DNA of 64,000 nt. It comes from an uncultured Planctomycetota bacterium. GTDB lineage: Bacteria > Planctomycetota > Planctomycetia > Isosphaerales > Isosphaeraceae. Below are positions 33,340-45,149 of the stretch, one piece after another (within the stretch, counting starts at the first letter, position 1; every line of letters starts with the position of its first letter). The notes beneath the pieces are model-generated. The model saw nothing but the letters and a program-made list of their open reading frames with translations. It did not search any database and was not told where the DNA came from. The position numbers were made by a program, and so were the translations under genes. The stretch covers positions 288,001 through 352,000 of the forward strand of contig CAWJTV010000041.1 of the NCBI GenBank assembly GCA_963845755.1, in the 5' to 3' direction.

Positions 33340-33937
33340 TCAACTGGGCTTCTTCACGTCCTCTTCGATCAACTTGAGGAAGTCGTCGTCGCTGGGTGGT
33401 TTCTTGACGGGTTTCGGCGGCGCCTTGAAATGCTGAGGAACCGCGTCGTCGAACTCCGCCTCGTCGGCCGAGAGCCGCTCGATCACCGTGGGAGCTGCGC
33501 TTCGGCCGCTTGGGCTTGGCCGTCGTGTTATCCGTGTCCATGCCCGCGAGATCCATGAGCGAGTGGCGTGCACGCGCCTGCACGATTTCTTCATCCATCT
33601 CCTTGTGCGAGCCGAGGAACGCCTCGGGACCGGCCGGATCGTAGTCGATGGTGAAGAGGTGCCCGGCGACGCCGAGCTCCTCGTCAGGCATGACGCTCTG
33701 CTCGGCCGCGATCCGCGAACCGTTGACCGTGGTCCCATTCGTACTGCCCAGATCGCGCACGCTCCAGACGCCGTTGATCAGCCGCAGCACGCAATGCTTG
33801 CCCGAGATGTTCTCGTAATCCAGACGGATGTCGCAGGAAGGCCTGCGGCCCACCGTGAGCTCGTGCTTCATCAAGGGAATCGGGTCACCGCCGCCCACCG
33901 GATGCAAGACGCCCAGAACCTCGGATTGGGGTGGCAT
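33340..33937 (-). CDS. FHA domain protein (frame break near 33495)
   Basis: TVGRRPSCDI, ISGKHC, RDLGSTNGTTVNG; acidic tail in ORF 33340..33738. Confidence 0.85.
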
Positions 33938-34245
33938 GGTACCTCCCTGGAGTCCTTGTTGGGACCCATCGCGAGGCATTGCCAGACGACTCAAGATCAA
34001 ATCGCGGTGAATCTTACCAGATGCGCAATTCGACTCTCAAGGGGCCTCCCACCCTCCCGGACGACTTTCCGGCTACGGCGAGCGGGTACTGGAATCTGCC
34101 GGCTCGTTGAGATAGCCTCGCAGCAACCCGAAGTGACCCGCCGCCGGCCGGTGATCGGGTGGACAATGACAGTCAGATCATCATCACACGCATCGACTCA
34201 GAAGTCCGCGGCTACCGCCCGGACGCTTTTCGGAGGAGCTTCATC

Positions 34246-35130
34246 ATGTCATCCATGGGAAATCCGCGGATCGGGTCGCGGCGCCATTTCCTGGCCACGG
34301 GGTGTATGACGGTGGGGGCGCTGGCGCTAGGAACCTCGACCCGAACTCAGGGCTCCGATTCTCCAGAGGGGGAGGGGCCGTATCATCCATTCAAGATGGG
34401 CCTTCAGAGCTACTCCCTTCGGGGTTACCTGCACGACGGGAAGGCCGACGTGCACAAGGCCCTGGCCGTGACCAAGGACCTTGGCCTGCATTATTGGGAA
34501 TCCTACACCGCGCATGTGCCGTTGAACGCCGACGCGGGGAACCTGGCGGCGCGCAAGCGCGAGATCGAGGCGGCGGGGGTCGCGGTGATCGGATACGGCG
34601 TCGTCCCACTGACCAAGAACGGCGACGCGAACCGCAAGACCTTCGAATTCGCCAAAGCCCTGGGCTTGAAATACATCTCCGCCAGTCCCGAACCCGGTGC
34701 TTTCGACGGCATCGACCGCTTGATCGAGGAATACGACGTGGCCGTCGGCATCCACAACCACGGCCCGGGCGACCGCTATGCCAAGATCGAGACTATCGCC
34801 CAGGCGATCAAGGACCATCATCCCAAGATCGGCTGCTGCATCGATACGGGCCATTTCCTGCGATCGCGGGAAGACCCGGTGCATGCCGTTGAGGTCTTCG
34901 GCAAGCGGATCTATGGCGTTCACCTGAAGGACGTCAAAGATGCCAAGGAGTTCACGATCCTCGGCAAGGGCGACCTCCGGACCTTGGACCTCCTCAAGTC
35001 GCTGGCAGCCCTCAAGTACGATTACTGCCTGGCGATCGAGTACGAGGAGAACCCGGAGAATCCGGTCGACGATATCGCGGCGTGCCTGGCCGAGGTCCGC
35101 AAGGCTCTGGTCGAGGTCCGCAAGAGCTGA
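34246..35130 (+). CDS. Sugar phosphate isomerase/epimerase (xylose-isomerase-like TIM barrel), Tat-exported
   Basis: SRRHFL twin-Arg signal, GLQSYSLR, IHNHGP, DTGHF, HLKDV, IEYEE. Confidence 0.85.
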   Translation: MSSMGNPRIGSRRHFLATGCMTVGALALGTSTRTQGSDSPEGEGPYHPFKMGLQSYSLRGYLHDGKADVHKALAVTKDLGLHYWESYTAHVPLNADAGNLAARKREIEAAGVAVIGYGVVPLTKNGDANRKTFEFAKALGLKYISASPEPGAFDGIDRLIEEYDVAVGIHNHGPGDRYAKIETIAQAIKDHHPKIGCCIDTGHFLRSREDPVHAVEVFGKRIYGVHLKDVKDAKEFTILGKGDLRTLDLLKSLAALKYDYCLAIEYEENPENPVDDIAACLAEVRKALVEVRKS

Positions 35131-35388
35131 GGGAGTTCGAAGTGGGGTCTCGCGCGGGGCCGCCCTGGCCGCGACTCGCCGGTTCGCCATGAGATTGGGC
35201 TCGGCGCACCCGGTGAGCTTCGATACACTGACGCGACAGTACGTCTCGAGAGCGGCTCGCGAGCGCCTCTCGTCACGTGCGGTGTGGTCCGGATCGGCCG
35301 GAGCGTGCGATTTCGGTGCTCGCAGCGCACGCGATCGGGCCGGCGCCATGGTTCCGGCGAGCCGCGCGGTTCGAGGAGCGAGTCCGTC

Positions 35389-36262
35389 ATGACGCCGAGG
35401 GAAGCCGTGTCCACGTCGCCCAGCGCGGTTCGCGAGATCGAGGTCCGGGTTGCGGACGGGCTCATCCTGCGCGGCCGCTGGTGGCGTCGCCAGGCACCGC
35501 GGGCGGCGTTGATCGTCGCCCATGGCTTCAGCGAACATGGCGGGACCTATCGACATGTCGCCGACACGCTGTCGCGCGCCTTGGATGTCAACGTCGTGGT
35601 GGTCGATTTCCGCGGGCACGGTACCAGTCCCGGCCGCCGTGGAGTAGTCCGCCGCTACGAGGAATTGACGGACGACCTCACGAGTGTCGTCCAGTGGGCC
35701 GGGCGACAACGGCCCGACTTGCCGCGATTCCTCCTCGGCCATTCCAACGGCGGCCAGGTCGTCCTCCGGTTCGCGCTGGAAAAGCCGGCGCCCATCGATG
35801 GACTGATCCTCTCGAACCCGGCGCTGCGCGTGGCCCTACCGATCCCGCGGCACAAGCTCCGCCTTGGTAAATGGCTCCGGAAGTACGCCGCCCTGGGTCA
35901 CGCTGAAGGGCCAACTCCGCGCCGATCTCTTGACCCGGGATCCCGACTTCCAGCAGGCGCACCGCAAAGATCCACTCCGACACAACCGGATGAGCGCGCC
36001 GCTGTTCTTCGGCATGCTCGAAGGCGGCGAGATGTTGATCGCCCGCGCCGGCGAGATCCATGCGCCTACCCTGATGATCGTGGGCGGCCAGGACTCTGTG
36101 GTCAACCCGTCCGCGGCCCGCGAGTTGTTCGACCGGCTCGGCAGCGAGGACAAGACGCTGTTGCTCTATCCCAAGATGCTCCACGAACCATTCAACGAGA
36201 TCGGCCGGGAACAGGTCTTCGACGACGTCGTCCGCTGGCTCGAGCCGCGGCTCCGCCCGTGA
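35389..36262 (+). CDS. Alpha/beta hydrolase (lysophospholipase/monoacylglycerol lipase-like), frame break near 35890
   Basis: HGFSEH, DFRGHG, GHSNGG nucleophile elbow, GGQDSVV, LHEPFNE. Confidence 0.88.
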
Positions 36263-36710
36263 ATCCGCCCTTCCGAGCAACCCGCGAGATCGAGGCTCCA
36301 ATCCGTTGCCGGGTTGATGCTCCTCGCGGATCCTCCAGGCCTTTTCGCAGGCCTTTTCCCCGGAGCGAGTCCGGCGCTCGTCATCCATCCACACGTGCTC
36401 GACCTCGGGAATTCGGCTCACCACTTCGCCCGCGGCTCGCGGGATGTCCCCGGCCGCCGGTCCGGTTGCGGGGCGAACGCTCCAGCCACTCGGAAAACGC
36501 GGGTGGGAACCGGAGAAAAAGTTACCTGTGACATGCACACTGTCACTGCCCCATCTTAGGTTCGCTGATGGAGCAACCGGAATTCCGTCACGAGCCACCG
36601 AACGCGGGACCCGTGGTGCCTGCCCTCGGGGGCGGACCATCGGAACGGAGCAAGACATCAGCTCCGAGGTTTAGCCGGCCAGATCGGTCGGGTATCGGCC
36701 GCGGCCAGCG

Positions 36711-37091
36711 ATGATGAGGAGGATGATGACGATGAGACTACCGTCGGGTCAGATCGAGGAAACCGAGGAACGGGAGGATTCCCCGGCCCAGGACGGGGAA
36801 TGGGTCAATCGTCGGGCCACGGAGCAAGCCACCCGCGCCGCGAACGCCCGGCAGCTCAGCGGCCGGCGGCGGTTCGTCGACCCGACCACCTGTGAACGGG
36901 AATACTCGGAGGCGGAGATGGAATTCATGCTGGCGATGAATGAATACAAGCGACGGAGCGGCCGGATGTTCCCCACCTGGAGCGAGGTGCTCGAAGTCCT
37001 TCGTGCCCTGGGCTATGAGAAGGTTGAGAATCCGGATACCGGTCGCGCGGTCGTCGAGCAGCAGGCTCCCGCCGGCGTGGCCGTCCGCTGA
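36711..37091 (+). CDS. Conserved planctomycete hypothetical protein
   Basis: [15 protein letters not shown]...[32 protein letters not shown], recalled from planctomycete genomes. Confidence 0.7.
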   Translation: MMRRMMTMRLPSGQIEETEEREDSPAQDGEWVNRRATEQATRAANARQLSGRRRFVDPTTCEREYSEAEMEFMLAMNEYKRRSGRMFPTWSEVLEVLRALGYEKVENPDTGRAVVEQQAPAGVAVR

Positions 37092-37252
37092 TGCCCCGCG
37101 CCGGGCGATTCCCGAGTTCCGGCCGTTGACAGCCGGCTCCAAAGTCCCTATCGTGACCCTGTTGTACCACTTTCTCGTAATGCCGATAGGCGTTAAGCAA
37201 GCACCGCATCGGCGGGACGCGCAACGAACGGCCGATGGCCATACCCCTTGTA

Positions 37253-38762
37253 ATGCCGATAGGCGATTCGAAGATCCGAACCCGGTTCGCGCGCCAGCCC
37301 GACCGGCTTCTTGCATATCGGCGGGGTGCGGACCGCCCTGTTCAACTGGCTGCTGGCCCGCCACCACGGCGGCCAGTTCGTCCTGCGCATCGACGATACC
37401 GACCAGCAGCGGCACGTCGAGGATGCCGTCCGGCGAATCCTCGACGGGTTCCGCTGGATCGGGATTGACTGGGATGAGGGGCCCGAGGTCGGCGGAGGCT
37501 TCGGGCCGTATTACCAGTCCGAGCGGTCCGAGATCTACCGGCGAGCGGCCGAGAAACTCATCGCCTCCGGCCACGTCTACCGGGACTACAGCACCGATCA
37601 GCAGCGCGCCGCCGAAAAAGCCGCAGCCGACCGGGAGAAGCGTGCCTACCGGTTTCGACGCCAGCCGCTGACCGATCAAGAGTCCGCCCAGTTCGAGGCC
37701 GAAGGCCGGCCCTACGCGCTGCGGTTCCAGGTCCCGACCGGCCGGACGCTCGTCCTCCACGACCAGATCAAGGGGGATGTCGAGTTTGCCACCGACGAGA
37801 TCGGCGACTTCGTCATCGTCCGGCCGGACGGCACGCCCCTCTATAATTTCGCCAGCGCGGTCAACGACATCGAGATGCAGATCACTCACGTCGTCCGGGC
37901 CGAGGAGCACCTCTCCAACACGTTCCCCCAGCTCCTGGTCTTCGAGGCGCTCGGCGCGAATCTGCCGGCCTTCGCCCACATCCCCTACGTTGCGGAGCCG
38001 GGCTCGCGGGCCAAGATGTCGAAGCGGAAGCTCGCCGAGTATGAGAAGCAGGGGGTCCTGGTCTATCACCACCAGTACATCGAGAAGGGCTATCTCCCCG
38101 AGGCGTTGCTCAATTATCTCGCCCGGTTGGGCTGGAGCTACGACGGCACTCAGGAGATCTTTCACCGGGACGAATTGATCGAGAAGTTCACCCTGGACCG
38201 CGTCAACACCTCGCCCGCCAGCCACGATCAGGACAAACTCTTCTGGATCGAGGGCGAGTGGATGAAAACGCTCCCGGTCGAGAAGAAGGTGCAGGGGGCG
38301 ATCCCGTTCCTCGTTCGCGAGGGACTGATCCCCGACCCGCCTTCGGCGGAGGATCGCGCCCGCATCGAACGCGTCATCGAGGCCCTCGGCGACCGGCTCA
38401 AGGTGTTTTCCGATATCCTCAAGTTGGGCCGGTTCTTCTTCACGAAAGAGCTGACCCACGATCCCGACGCCGTGAAGAAGCGCCTCCGCAAGGAGGGCGT
38501 CCCGTCCATGCTGTCCGACCTCGACCAGGTGCTGGCTGCGGCGGAGCCCTTCGACCTGGCAACCCTGGAAAAAGCCGTGCACGACTATGGCGAGCGAACC
38601 GGCCGCAAGATGGGCGACGTGGTCAATCCCTTGCGCGTGGCCGTCACGGGGCAGGGGGTGGGACCGGGACTTTACGATTGCCTGGTGATTCTCGGCCGCG
38701 AGACCTGCCGGGCACGGATTCGACAGGCGCTGGAGATGCTCCAGCAAACTCCGACTTCTTGA
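37253..38762 (+). CDS. gltX: Glutamate--tRNA ligase (frame break near 37292)
   Basis: IRTRFA/PSPTGFLHIGG (HIGH-type), LRIDDTD, KMSKR. Confidence 0.93.
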
Positions 38763-38813
38763 TGGACACCCGGTCTGTCTGGGAACCACCGACGGGCCCT
38801 GAGGACGAGCCGC

Positions 38814-39783
38814 ATGCGTCTTTTCGTCACCGGATCGATTGCTTTCGACTACATCATGGTCTTCCCCGGCCGGTTCCGCGACCACATCCTGCCGGAGAAG
38901 ATGCACGTGTTGAGCGTGTCGTTCCTCGTGGACACGCTGACGCGGCTGCGGGGCGGGACCGGGGCCAATATCTCCTTCAATCTCGGGCTGCTGGGCGAGC
39001 GGCCGATCCTGGTCGGCAGCGTGGGCGAAGACTTCAGCGAGTATCGCGCCTGGCTGGAGGGCCACGGCGTGGATTGCTCGGCCATCCACGTGGTCACCGG
39101 CGATCATACGGCCTCGTGCTTCATCAACACCGACTTGCAGGACAACCAGATCACGGCGTTCTATCCCGGCGCCATGGCGAAGGCGGCGACGATTTCGATC
39201 GCCGCGACGGGCGTCGGGCGAAACGACCTGGTCCTGATCGCGCCCAACGATCCAGCCGCGATGAACCGTTATGCCACGGAGTGCATCAAGGCGGGCATTC
39301 CGTATCTTTACGACCCGTCTATGCAGCTCCCACGACTGGAGAAACCCGATCTCGAGGCAGGTTGCCGCGGCGCGAATCCTGGCCGGGAATGACTATGAGT
39401 TCGGGATGATGGCCGATAAGCTGGGAGTGGGCGAGAGCGAGCTGCGCCGGATGACCCCGATCACGGTCATGACGCGGGGCGAGGCCGGTGCCCTGATCAC
39501 GGTCGAGCAGGAGGAGTTCGAGATCCCGCCGGCGAAACCCAAGGCTGTCGTGGACCCGACCGGGGCCGGCGATGCCTTCCGCGCCGGCTTCGTCCTGGGC
39601 CTGAAGCGCCATTGGCCCTGGCCGTTGGTCGGCCGGGTGGCCGCATTGACGGCCGTCTACGCCATCGAGCACCGGGGACCGCAATCCCACTCGTACACGC
39701 TCGAGGAGTTCGTCAGTCGTTACCAGGAGAATTACGGACGGGCCCCCGAGCTCGACGCTCTCCTGGACGAAGAGTCTCGCTAA
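38814..39783 (+). CDS. PfkB-family carbohydrate/nucleoside kinase (frame break near 39372)
   Basis: TGSIAFD, GGTGANI, GNDYE, DPTGAGDAFRAG. Confidence 0.88.
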
Positions 39784-39860
39784 GGTTGGTGCAAGCTTCC
39801 ATCCGAAGGAAGACGCCGGGGCAGGGGGGTTGCACCAACTCGACGATCGGATGATTCCTC

Positions 39861-40316
39861 ATGTCCCGACGACGCTGGATCATCGTTCTCTCGGTGCTCG
39901 CCGTCCTCCTCGTCGGGGCCGAGGTCACGCTCCGGAATTGGCAGAGCCCCAAGGCCTGTATCCAGATCATCAACGACGGCGATGGGGCCATGGAGGATCT
40001 GGTCATCGACTACGCCAATACCAAGATCCCGGTGGGCCGGCTTGGTATGAAACAGTCGACCCATGTCTGGGTGACCGCGGGCCCCAAAGGCCCGCTCCGC
40101 CTGGACTTCCGGCAGAAGGGCAACGCGCTGAGGGGGTTCCAGGTCCCCGAATTCGATCCCCGACAAAACATCGAAGACTTCTTCAAGTTGGTCCTGGTGG
40201 TCAAGACCAACGAGATCCAGCGGTTCGTCGAGGATGATGAGTTCCGCAAGAAAACGGAAAGCCTGGGAGAACGCGTCAAACAATGGTTGAGCTCCGAGAT
40301 CGAACCCGCTCAATGA
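39861..40316 (+). CDS. Hypothetical membrane-anchored protein
   Basis: N-terminal hydrophobic helix; sits in operon position between the kinase and thpR. Confidence 0.6.
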   Translation: MSRRRWIIVLSVLAVLLVGAEVTLRNWQSPKACIQIINDGDGAMEDLVIDYANTKIPVGRLGMKQSTHVWVTAGPKGPLRLDFRQKGNALRGFQVPEFDPRQNIEDFFKLVLVVKTNEIQRFVEDDEFRKKTESLGERVKQWLSSEIEPAQ

Positions 40317-40358
40317 CGGGATAAGTTGATCAGGGAGCCGCCTCGCCGGACGACCGCC

Positions 40359-40988
40359 ATGCGTGAGACGACCCGGACCTTCATTGCGATCCCGATTCCC
40401 GAGCCGGTCGGGGCAAGGCTCGGGCGCAAGCAGGCCGAACTGGCCCTCGAAGCGCCCGGGTACCGATGGACGGCCGGTTCCCCGTTCCACCTCACGCTGG
40501 CGTTCCTCGGCGATGTCCGGAACCGCGACCTTGACGAACTATGCCGGTCCGTCGCCGCGGCCGCCGAGCCATTCAAGCGGTTCGAGCTTGTGTTAAAGGG
40601 CCTCGGCGCCTTCCCGAGCCCACAAAAGCCCCGTGTCGTCTGGGCAGGGGTCACCGCGGGTGATCTCAATCCACTCCTCGAATTACGCAAGGCGATCGTC
40701 CAGGCAACGACGCAAGTCGGCTATCGGCCCGATGATCTGAGGTTCCATCCCCACATCACGCTGGGTCGGATCAAGTCGGATCGCGGGCAGCAGGGTCGCG
40801 ATCTGACCGCGGTCGTCGATCGCGAACAGACCTGGTCGGCGGGCACCTTCACGGCCGTCGAGATCGTGACCTACGCCTCGACGCTCGACCCCAAAGGGCC
40901 CAGCTATGCACCACTGGGCCGCGCCGGCTGGCAGGCAAGAAAATCACGGAACGCGCTTGACCCGCACCGCCGTGGCATGCTACGATAG
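40359..40988 (+). CDS. thpR: RNA 2',3'-cyclic phosphodiesterase (true 3' end may be earlier)
   Basis: RTFIAIP, two HxT motifs (FHLTLAFLG and PHITLGR), [12 protein letters not shown]; lies upstream of recA. Confidence 0.9.
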   Translation: MRETTRTFIAIPIPEPVGARLGRKQAELALEAPGYRWTAGSPFHLTLAFLGDVRNRDLDELCRSVAAAAEPFKRFELVLKGLGAFPSPQKPRVVWAGVTAGDLNPLLELRKAIVQATTQVGYRPDDLRFHPHITLGRIKSDRGQQGRDLTAVVDREQTWSAGTFTAVEIVTYASTLDPKGPSYAPLGRAGWQARKSRNALDPHRRGMLR

Positions 40989-41002
40989 TGTTCTAACGTA
41001 CA
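40957..41002 (+). promoter_or_regulatory. Putative sigma70 promoter of recA with adjacent palindromic operator
   Basis: TTGACC-18bp-TACGAT with extended TG; then TGTTC-TAAC-GTACA at 40989..41002. Confidence 0.5.
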
Positions 41003-41034
41003 TAAACCACCATTCAGCCGGAGGAGCGATCGCC

Positions 41035-42114
41035 GTGGCCAAGCGACAAGGGACGACCGAGGTAAAGTCGACGGTGTCGGCGGAGCAGAAGGCGCTCAAC
41101 AACGCGATCAGCCAGATCGAGAAGACGTTCGGTGCCGGGGCGATCATGAAGCTGGGCGAGGGGTCGCACATGGAGGTCGAGGGCGTCTCGACGGGGGCGC
41201 TCTCGCTAGACCTGGCGCTCGGGGGCAAGGGTTTGCCTCGGGGGCGAATCATCGAGCTATTCGGCCCGGAGTCGAGCGGCAAGACGACGATCGCGCTGCA
41301 CGCGGTGGCCCAGGCCCAGCGGGATGGCGGCGTGGCGGCGTTCATCGACGCCGAACACGCGCTGGACCCATCTTGGTGCAAGCGGCTGGGTGTGGACATC
41401 GAGGCGCTCCTGGTCAGCCAGCCCGGCAGCGCCGAGGAGGCGCTCCAGATCGCCGAGATGCTGGTCCTCTCGAACGCGGTGGACATCATCGTCATCGACT
41501 CGGTGGCGGCGCTGGTGCCCAGGGCCGAGATCGAGGGCGAGATTGGCGACAGTTTCGTCGGCATCCAGGCCCGGCTGATGAGCCAGGCGCTCCGCAAGCT
41601 GACGGGCGGGGTCTCGCGGTCGAAGTGCGTGCTGATCTTCATCAACCAGATCCGCGAGAAGATTGGCGTGATGTTCGGCAGCCCCGAAACTACGCCGGGC
41701 GGCCGGGCGCTGAAGTTCTACAGCTCGGCCCGCATCGACGTCCGCCGCATCGGGCCGGTCAAGGACGGCGAGGAAGTGGTCGGCTCGCGGATCAAGGCCA
41801 AGGTCGTGAAGAACAAGGTCGCGCCGCCGTTCCGCGTGTGTGAGTTCGACATGATGTACACTCATGGGATCTCCCGCGAGGCCGATTTGCTCGATCTGGC
41901 CATCGTCGACAAGCTGGTCGAGAAGTCCGGCTCGTGGTTCAACTACGGCGACCTCCGGCTCGGCCAGGGCCGCGAGAACGTCAAGCAGTACCTCCGCGAC
42001 AACACCGAGCTGGCCGACGAGATCGCGGCCAAGGTCATCGCCAACCGGACGGCCTCCGGAGCGACCTTCAGCGCCAACGGCGCGCCGGCGGCTGATGAGG
42101 GTGAGGAGGAATGA
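41035..42114 (+). CDS. recA: Recombinase RecA
   Basis: [59 protein letters not shown] ggaggag before GTG. Confidence 0.98.
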   Translation: MAKRQGTTEVKSTVSAEQKALNNAISQIEKTFGAGAIMKLGEGSHMEVEGVSTGALSLDLALGGKGLPRGRIIELFGPESSGKTTIALHAVAQAQRDGGVAAFIDAEHALDPSWCKRLGVDIEALLVSQPGSAEEALQIAEMLVLSNAVDIIVIDSVAALVPRAEIEGEIGDSFVGIQARLMSQALRKLTGGVSRSKCVLIFINQIREKIGVMFGSPETTPGGRALKFYSSARIDVRRIGPVKDGEEVVGSRIKAKVVKNKVAPPFRVCEFDMMYTHGISREADLLDLAIVDKLVEKSGSWFNYGDLRLGQGRENVKQYLRDNTELADEIAAKVIANRTASGATFSANGAPAADEGEEE

Positions 42115-42160
42115 GAAACGGGGTCAACAACAGCTTCGAGTTGGGCAGCGAGAAGCTTCA

Positions 42161-42334
42161 ATGAATTCCAGGATACGGGGCGGTCTCATTGGCATGAGCG
42201 GCTTTTTCGCCGGGGGGTTGGCGGCTTCGATTGTCCCGTGGTCACCCCTTCCTAAAGCAGTGCTTGTGGGCATCGTCGCGCTACTCGTCTCTACGGCGGT
42301 CTGGGCTGCGTTTCGTCCAAGGACCGCCTTCTAA
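42161..42334 (+). CDS. Small two-helix membrane protein
   Basis: Two hydrophobic segments; weak evidence. Confidence 0.35.
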   Translation: MNSRIRGGLIGMSGFFAGGLAASIVPWSPLPKAVLVGIVALLVSTAVWAAFRPRTAF

Positions 42335-42380
42335 CCTCCTGTTGCGACTCGTCGCACCTTGGACCGAACGGGACTCGTTC

Positions 42381-42983
42381 TCAAACCTTCGGCGCTCCGA
42401 TCGGGCTGAACAACTCGGCGAAACTGACCTCAAATCCGGGCAGGACCGGATCGCCGGGCAAGATGCCGTCGGGACCGAAGGTATGAACCGTCCCCGACGA
42501 TTCGTAGACATCCACGATCCGGAGCCTCGGATAGACGACCCACACGCAGCGGACGCCGAGCCGGAAATACTCCACGACCTTCTCACGCTGATCCTCGGCG
42601 CGGTCGGTGGGGTTGGTTACCTCGACCGCCAGCTCGGGCACGACACTCCATGCGTTGGCGTCGGGGTCTTCCGGGGCGGCGGTTGCCAGCATCGAAGTGC
42701 TGACGAAACAGACGTCCGGACGACGGTTTCGCCCCTCATCCTCGGGCACTGGGACACCGATGAGCATTTCGATGAACGCCTCACCGAGACGATTTGACGC
42801 AGCAAATCCATTGAGTTGAGCGTACAATCGTCCCACCACGGTCACCGCACGAATACTCATCGGGGGCATCTCCACCCGCTGGCCGTGAATGAGCTCATAG
42901 AGGGCCTCGTCGGTCTCCATCGGCAGAGGCAAGGATTCGAGTGTTGCCTCCTGCTGGTCATCGGTGAGGATTGCGGTGCTCAT
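42381..42983 (-). CDS. Uma2 family (putative restriction endonuclease-like) protein
   Basis: YELIHG, RRPDVCFVS, VPELAVEV, EYFRLGVRCVWVVYP, DPVLPGF. Confidence 0.9.
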   Translation of the reverse strand: MSTAILTDDQQEATLESLPLPMETDEALYELIHGQRVEMPPMSIRAVTVVGRLYAQLNGFAASNRLGEAFIEMLIGVPVPEDEGRNRRPDVCFVSTSMLATAAPEDPDANAWSVVPELAVEVTNPTDRAEDQREKVVEYFRLGVRCVWVVYPRLRIVDVYESSGTVHTFGPDGILPGDPVLPGFEVSFAELFSPIGAPKV

Positions 42984-43027
42984 GAGATTCCTCCGGGATC
43001 ACGTGTGCTTTGTCCTGAATCAGTCTA

Positions 43028-44201
43028 TCAGACTGAGGCGGCTCCAGCCCCGCCGGATCCACCCCATTGCGCCAGCCGTTCCCGGTTCAGCCGGTGCAGC
43101 GCATCATGGGCCGTGCGGATCGCATCGAGGCTGGTCCCGACATACTTCTCCACGACCGCGGCGGCGATCTCGAAGGCGACGACGTTCTCGATGATGACGC
43201 TGGCGGCCGGCACGGCGCAGACGTCAGATCGTTCGTAAGCCGCGGGCTGAGGCGCCTTGGTCGCCATGTTGATCGACGGTCCGCGCGCCGCCAGGGTGCT
43301 GATCGGCTTCTTGGACGCGCGGACGACGATCGGCTCGCCGTTGGACGTGCCCCCTTCGATGCCACCCGCGTTATTGGTCGGGCGGCGGAAACCGAAGCGG
43401 CGGTCGTCGGCAGAATGGTCGGGATCGTACTGGTAGGGGTCCATGACCTTCGAGCCCGGCCGTCGGGCAGCCTCGACGCCCAGGCCGATCTCGACGGCCT
43501 TGATCGCCTGGACGCTCATGACCGCGGCGGCGAGTCGGGCATCGAGCTTGCGGTCGTATTGAGCATGACTGCCCAGGCCGATCGGGCAGCCGGTGACGAT
43601 TGCCTCGACGATCCCCCCTAGCGTGTCGCCGGCCTCGCGCGCCGCGTCGATCGCGGCGACGATCGCCGGGTCGGCCTCGGGGTTGAGCGTGTAGACCGGG
43701 CTGGCGTCGCGGACGGTCAGGTCGAACGACACAGGAGGCGCGGCGATCCCGCCCAGCTCGCGCACATAGCCGAAGACTGTGATCCCCAACTCGCGCAGCA
43801 GGAGCTTCGCCAGGCCGCCGACTGCGACGCGCAAGGCTGTCTCGCGGGCGCTGGCGCTCGAGCACCTGACGGATCCCCGTCTGATAGTTGATCGCGCCAG
43901 CCAGGTCGATGTGACCGCCCCGCGGCGCGGCCGGCTCGGCCAGCCGTTCGAGCTTGGCATCGTTGTTGATCAGGCGCAGCGTGATCGGAGCACCGGTGGT
44001 CACTCCGTGGAAAACACCCGAATCCACGATGATCCGATCCGTCTCCAGCTTCTGGCGCTTACCGCGCCCATAACCCCCCTGACGACGCTCCAGTTCGCGG
44101 TCGATCGGCGCCGTATCGAGCGCGACGCCCGACGGGAACCCCTCCACGATGGCGGTCAACGCCGGCCCGTGCGATTCGCCGGCAGTCAGATAGCGTAACA
44201 T
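43028..44201 (-). CDS. aroC: Chorismate synthase (frame break near 43856)
   Basis: LRYLTAGESHG, RRQGGYGRG, (RA)SARETA, NNAGGIEGG, ERSDVCAVPAA. Confidence 0.95.
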
Positions 44202-44215
44202 GATGGTTTCTTCAT

Positions 44216-45116
44216 TCAACGATAGGGGAACGCCTGGCCGGTCAGGCGCTCGTAGGCTTCGATGTATTTCTCACGCGTCCGGGCCACGACGTCCGCCGGC
44301 AGCTCGGGCGGCGGGCTGGCCTTGTCCCAGCCGGTGGTCTCGAGCCAGTCGCGGACGAACTGCTTGTCGAACGACGGCTGAGGGCCGCCGGGATGATACG
44401 CGTTCCAGGCCCAGTAGCGCGAGCTGTCCGGCGTGAGCACTTCATCCACCAGCAGGAGCTCGCCGGTCCGGTCGTCGAAGCCCCATTCGAACTTCGTGTC
44501 GGCCAGGATCAGCCCGCTCTCTAGTGCATCGTCCGCGGCGGACTGATAGACGTCCAGGCTCATCGATTGTAACGTCTCGGCGACCTCCGTGCCGATGGCG
44601 TCGGCCATCCGTTTCGAACGGGATGTTCTCATCGTGGCCGGTCTCGGCCTTGGTCGCGGGCGTGAAGATGGGGTCGATCCGGTCGCTCTCGACCAGTCCG
44701 GCCGGCAGATGAATCCCGCAGACCGTGCCCGATGTCCGATACTCCTTCCATCCACTGCCCGAGAGATACCCCCGCACCACGCACTCGAAGGGCACGACGC
44801 GGGCCTTCCGCACCAGGGTGGCGCGGCCCTGGAGCGCATCGCGCTCCTCGGCCGTCAGATCGAGCCCAAACTCGTCGATTTCGGTCGAGATCACGTGATC
44901 GGGTACCCGCAGTTGCTTGAACCAGTAGGCGCTCAAACCTGTCAGGACGCGCCCCTTATCGGGGATGCCGTTGGGCATGACCCAGTCGAACGCGCTGATA
45001 CGATCGGTGGCGACCAGCAGCAGCCGATCTCCCAGGTCGTAGACATCACGGACCTTGCCTCGCCTCCTGGGGATCGAGCCTGATCCGAGGTTGGTTTCCA
45101 GCAGTGCGATACCCAT
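44216..45116 (-). CDS. purC: SAICAR synthase (frame break near 44612)
   Basis: [61 protein letters not shown]. Confidence 0.95.
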
Positions 45117-45149
45117 TCGTTTCGTCCCCAAACGGATCTTTCTCCTCGA

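Noticed and set aside
36738..39107. Long antisense ORFs such as 789 aa here and 765 aa at 15498..17795
   Set aside because: Shadow frames opposite real genes, expected in high-GC DNA; no motifs
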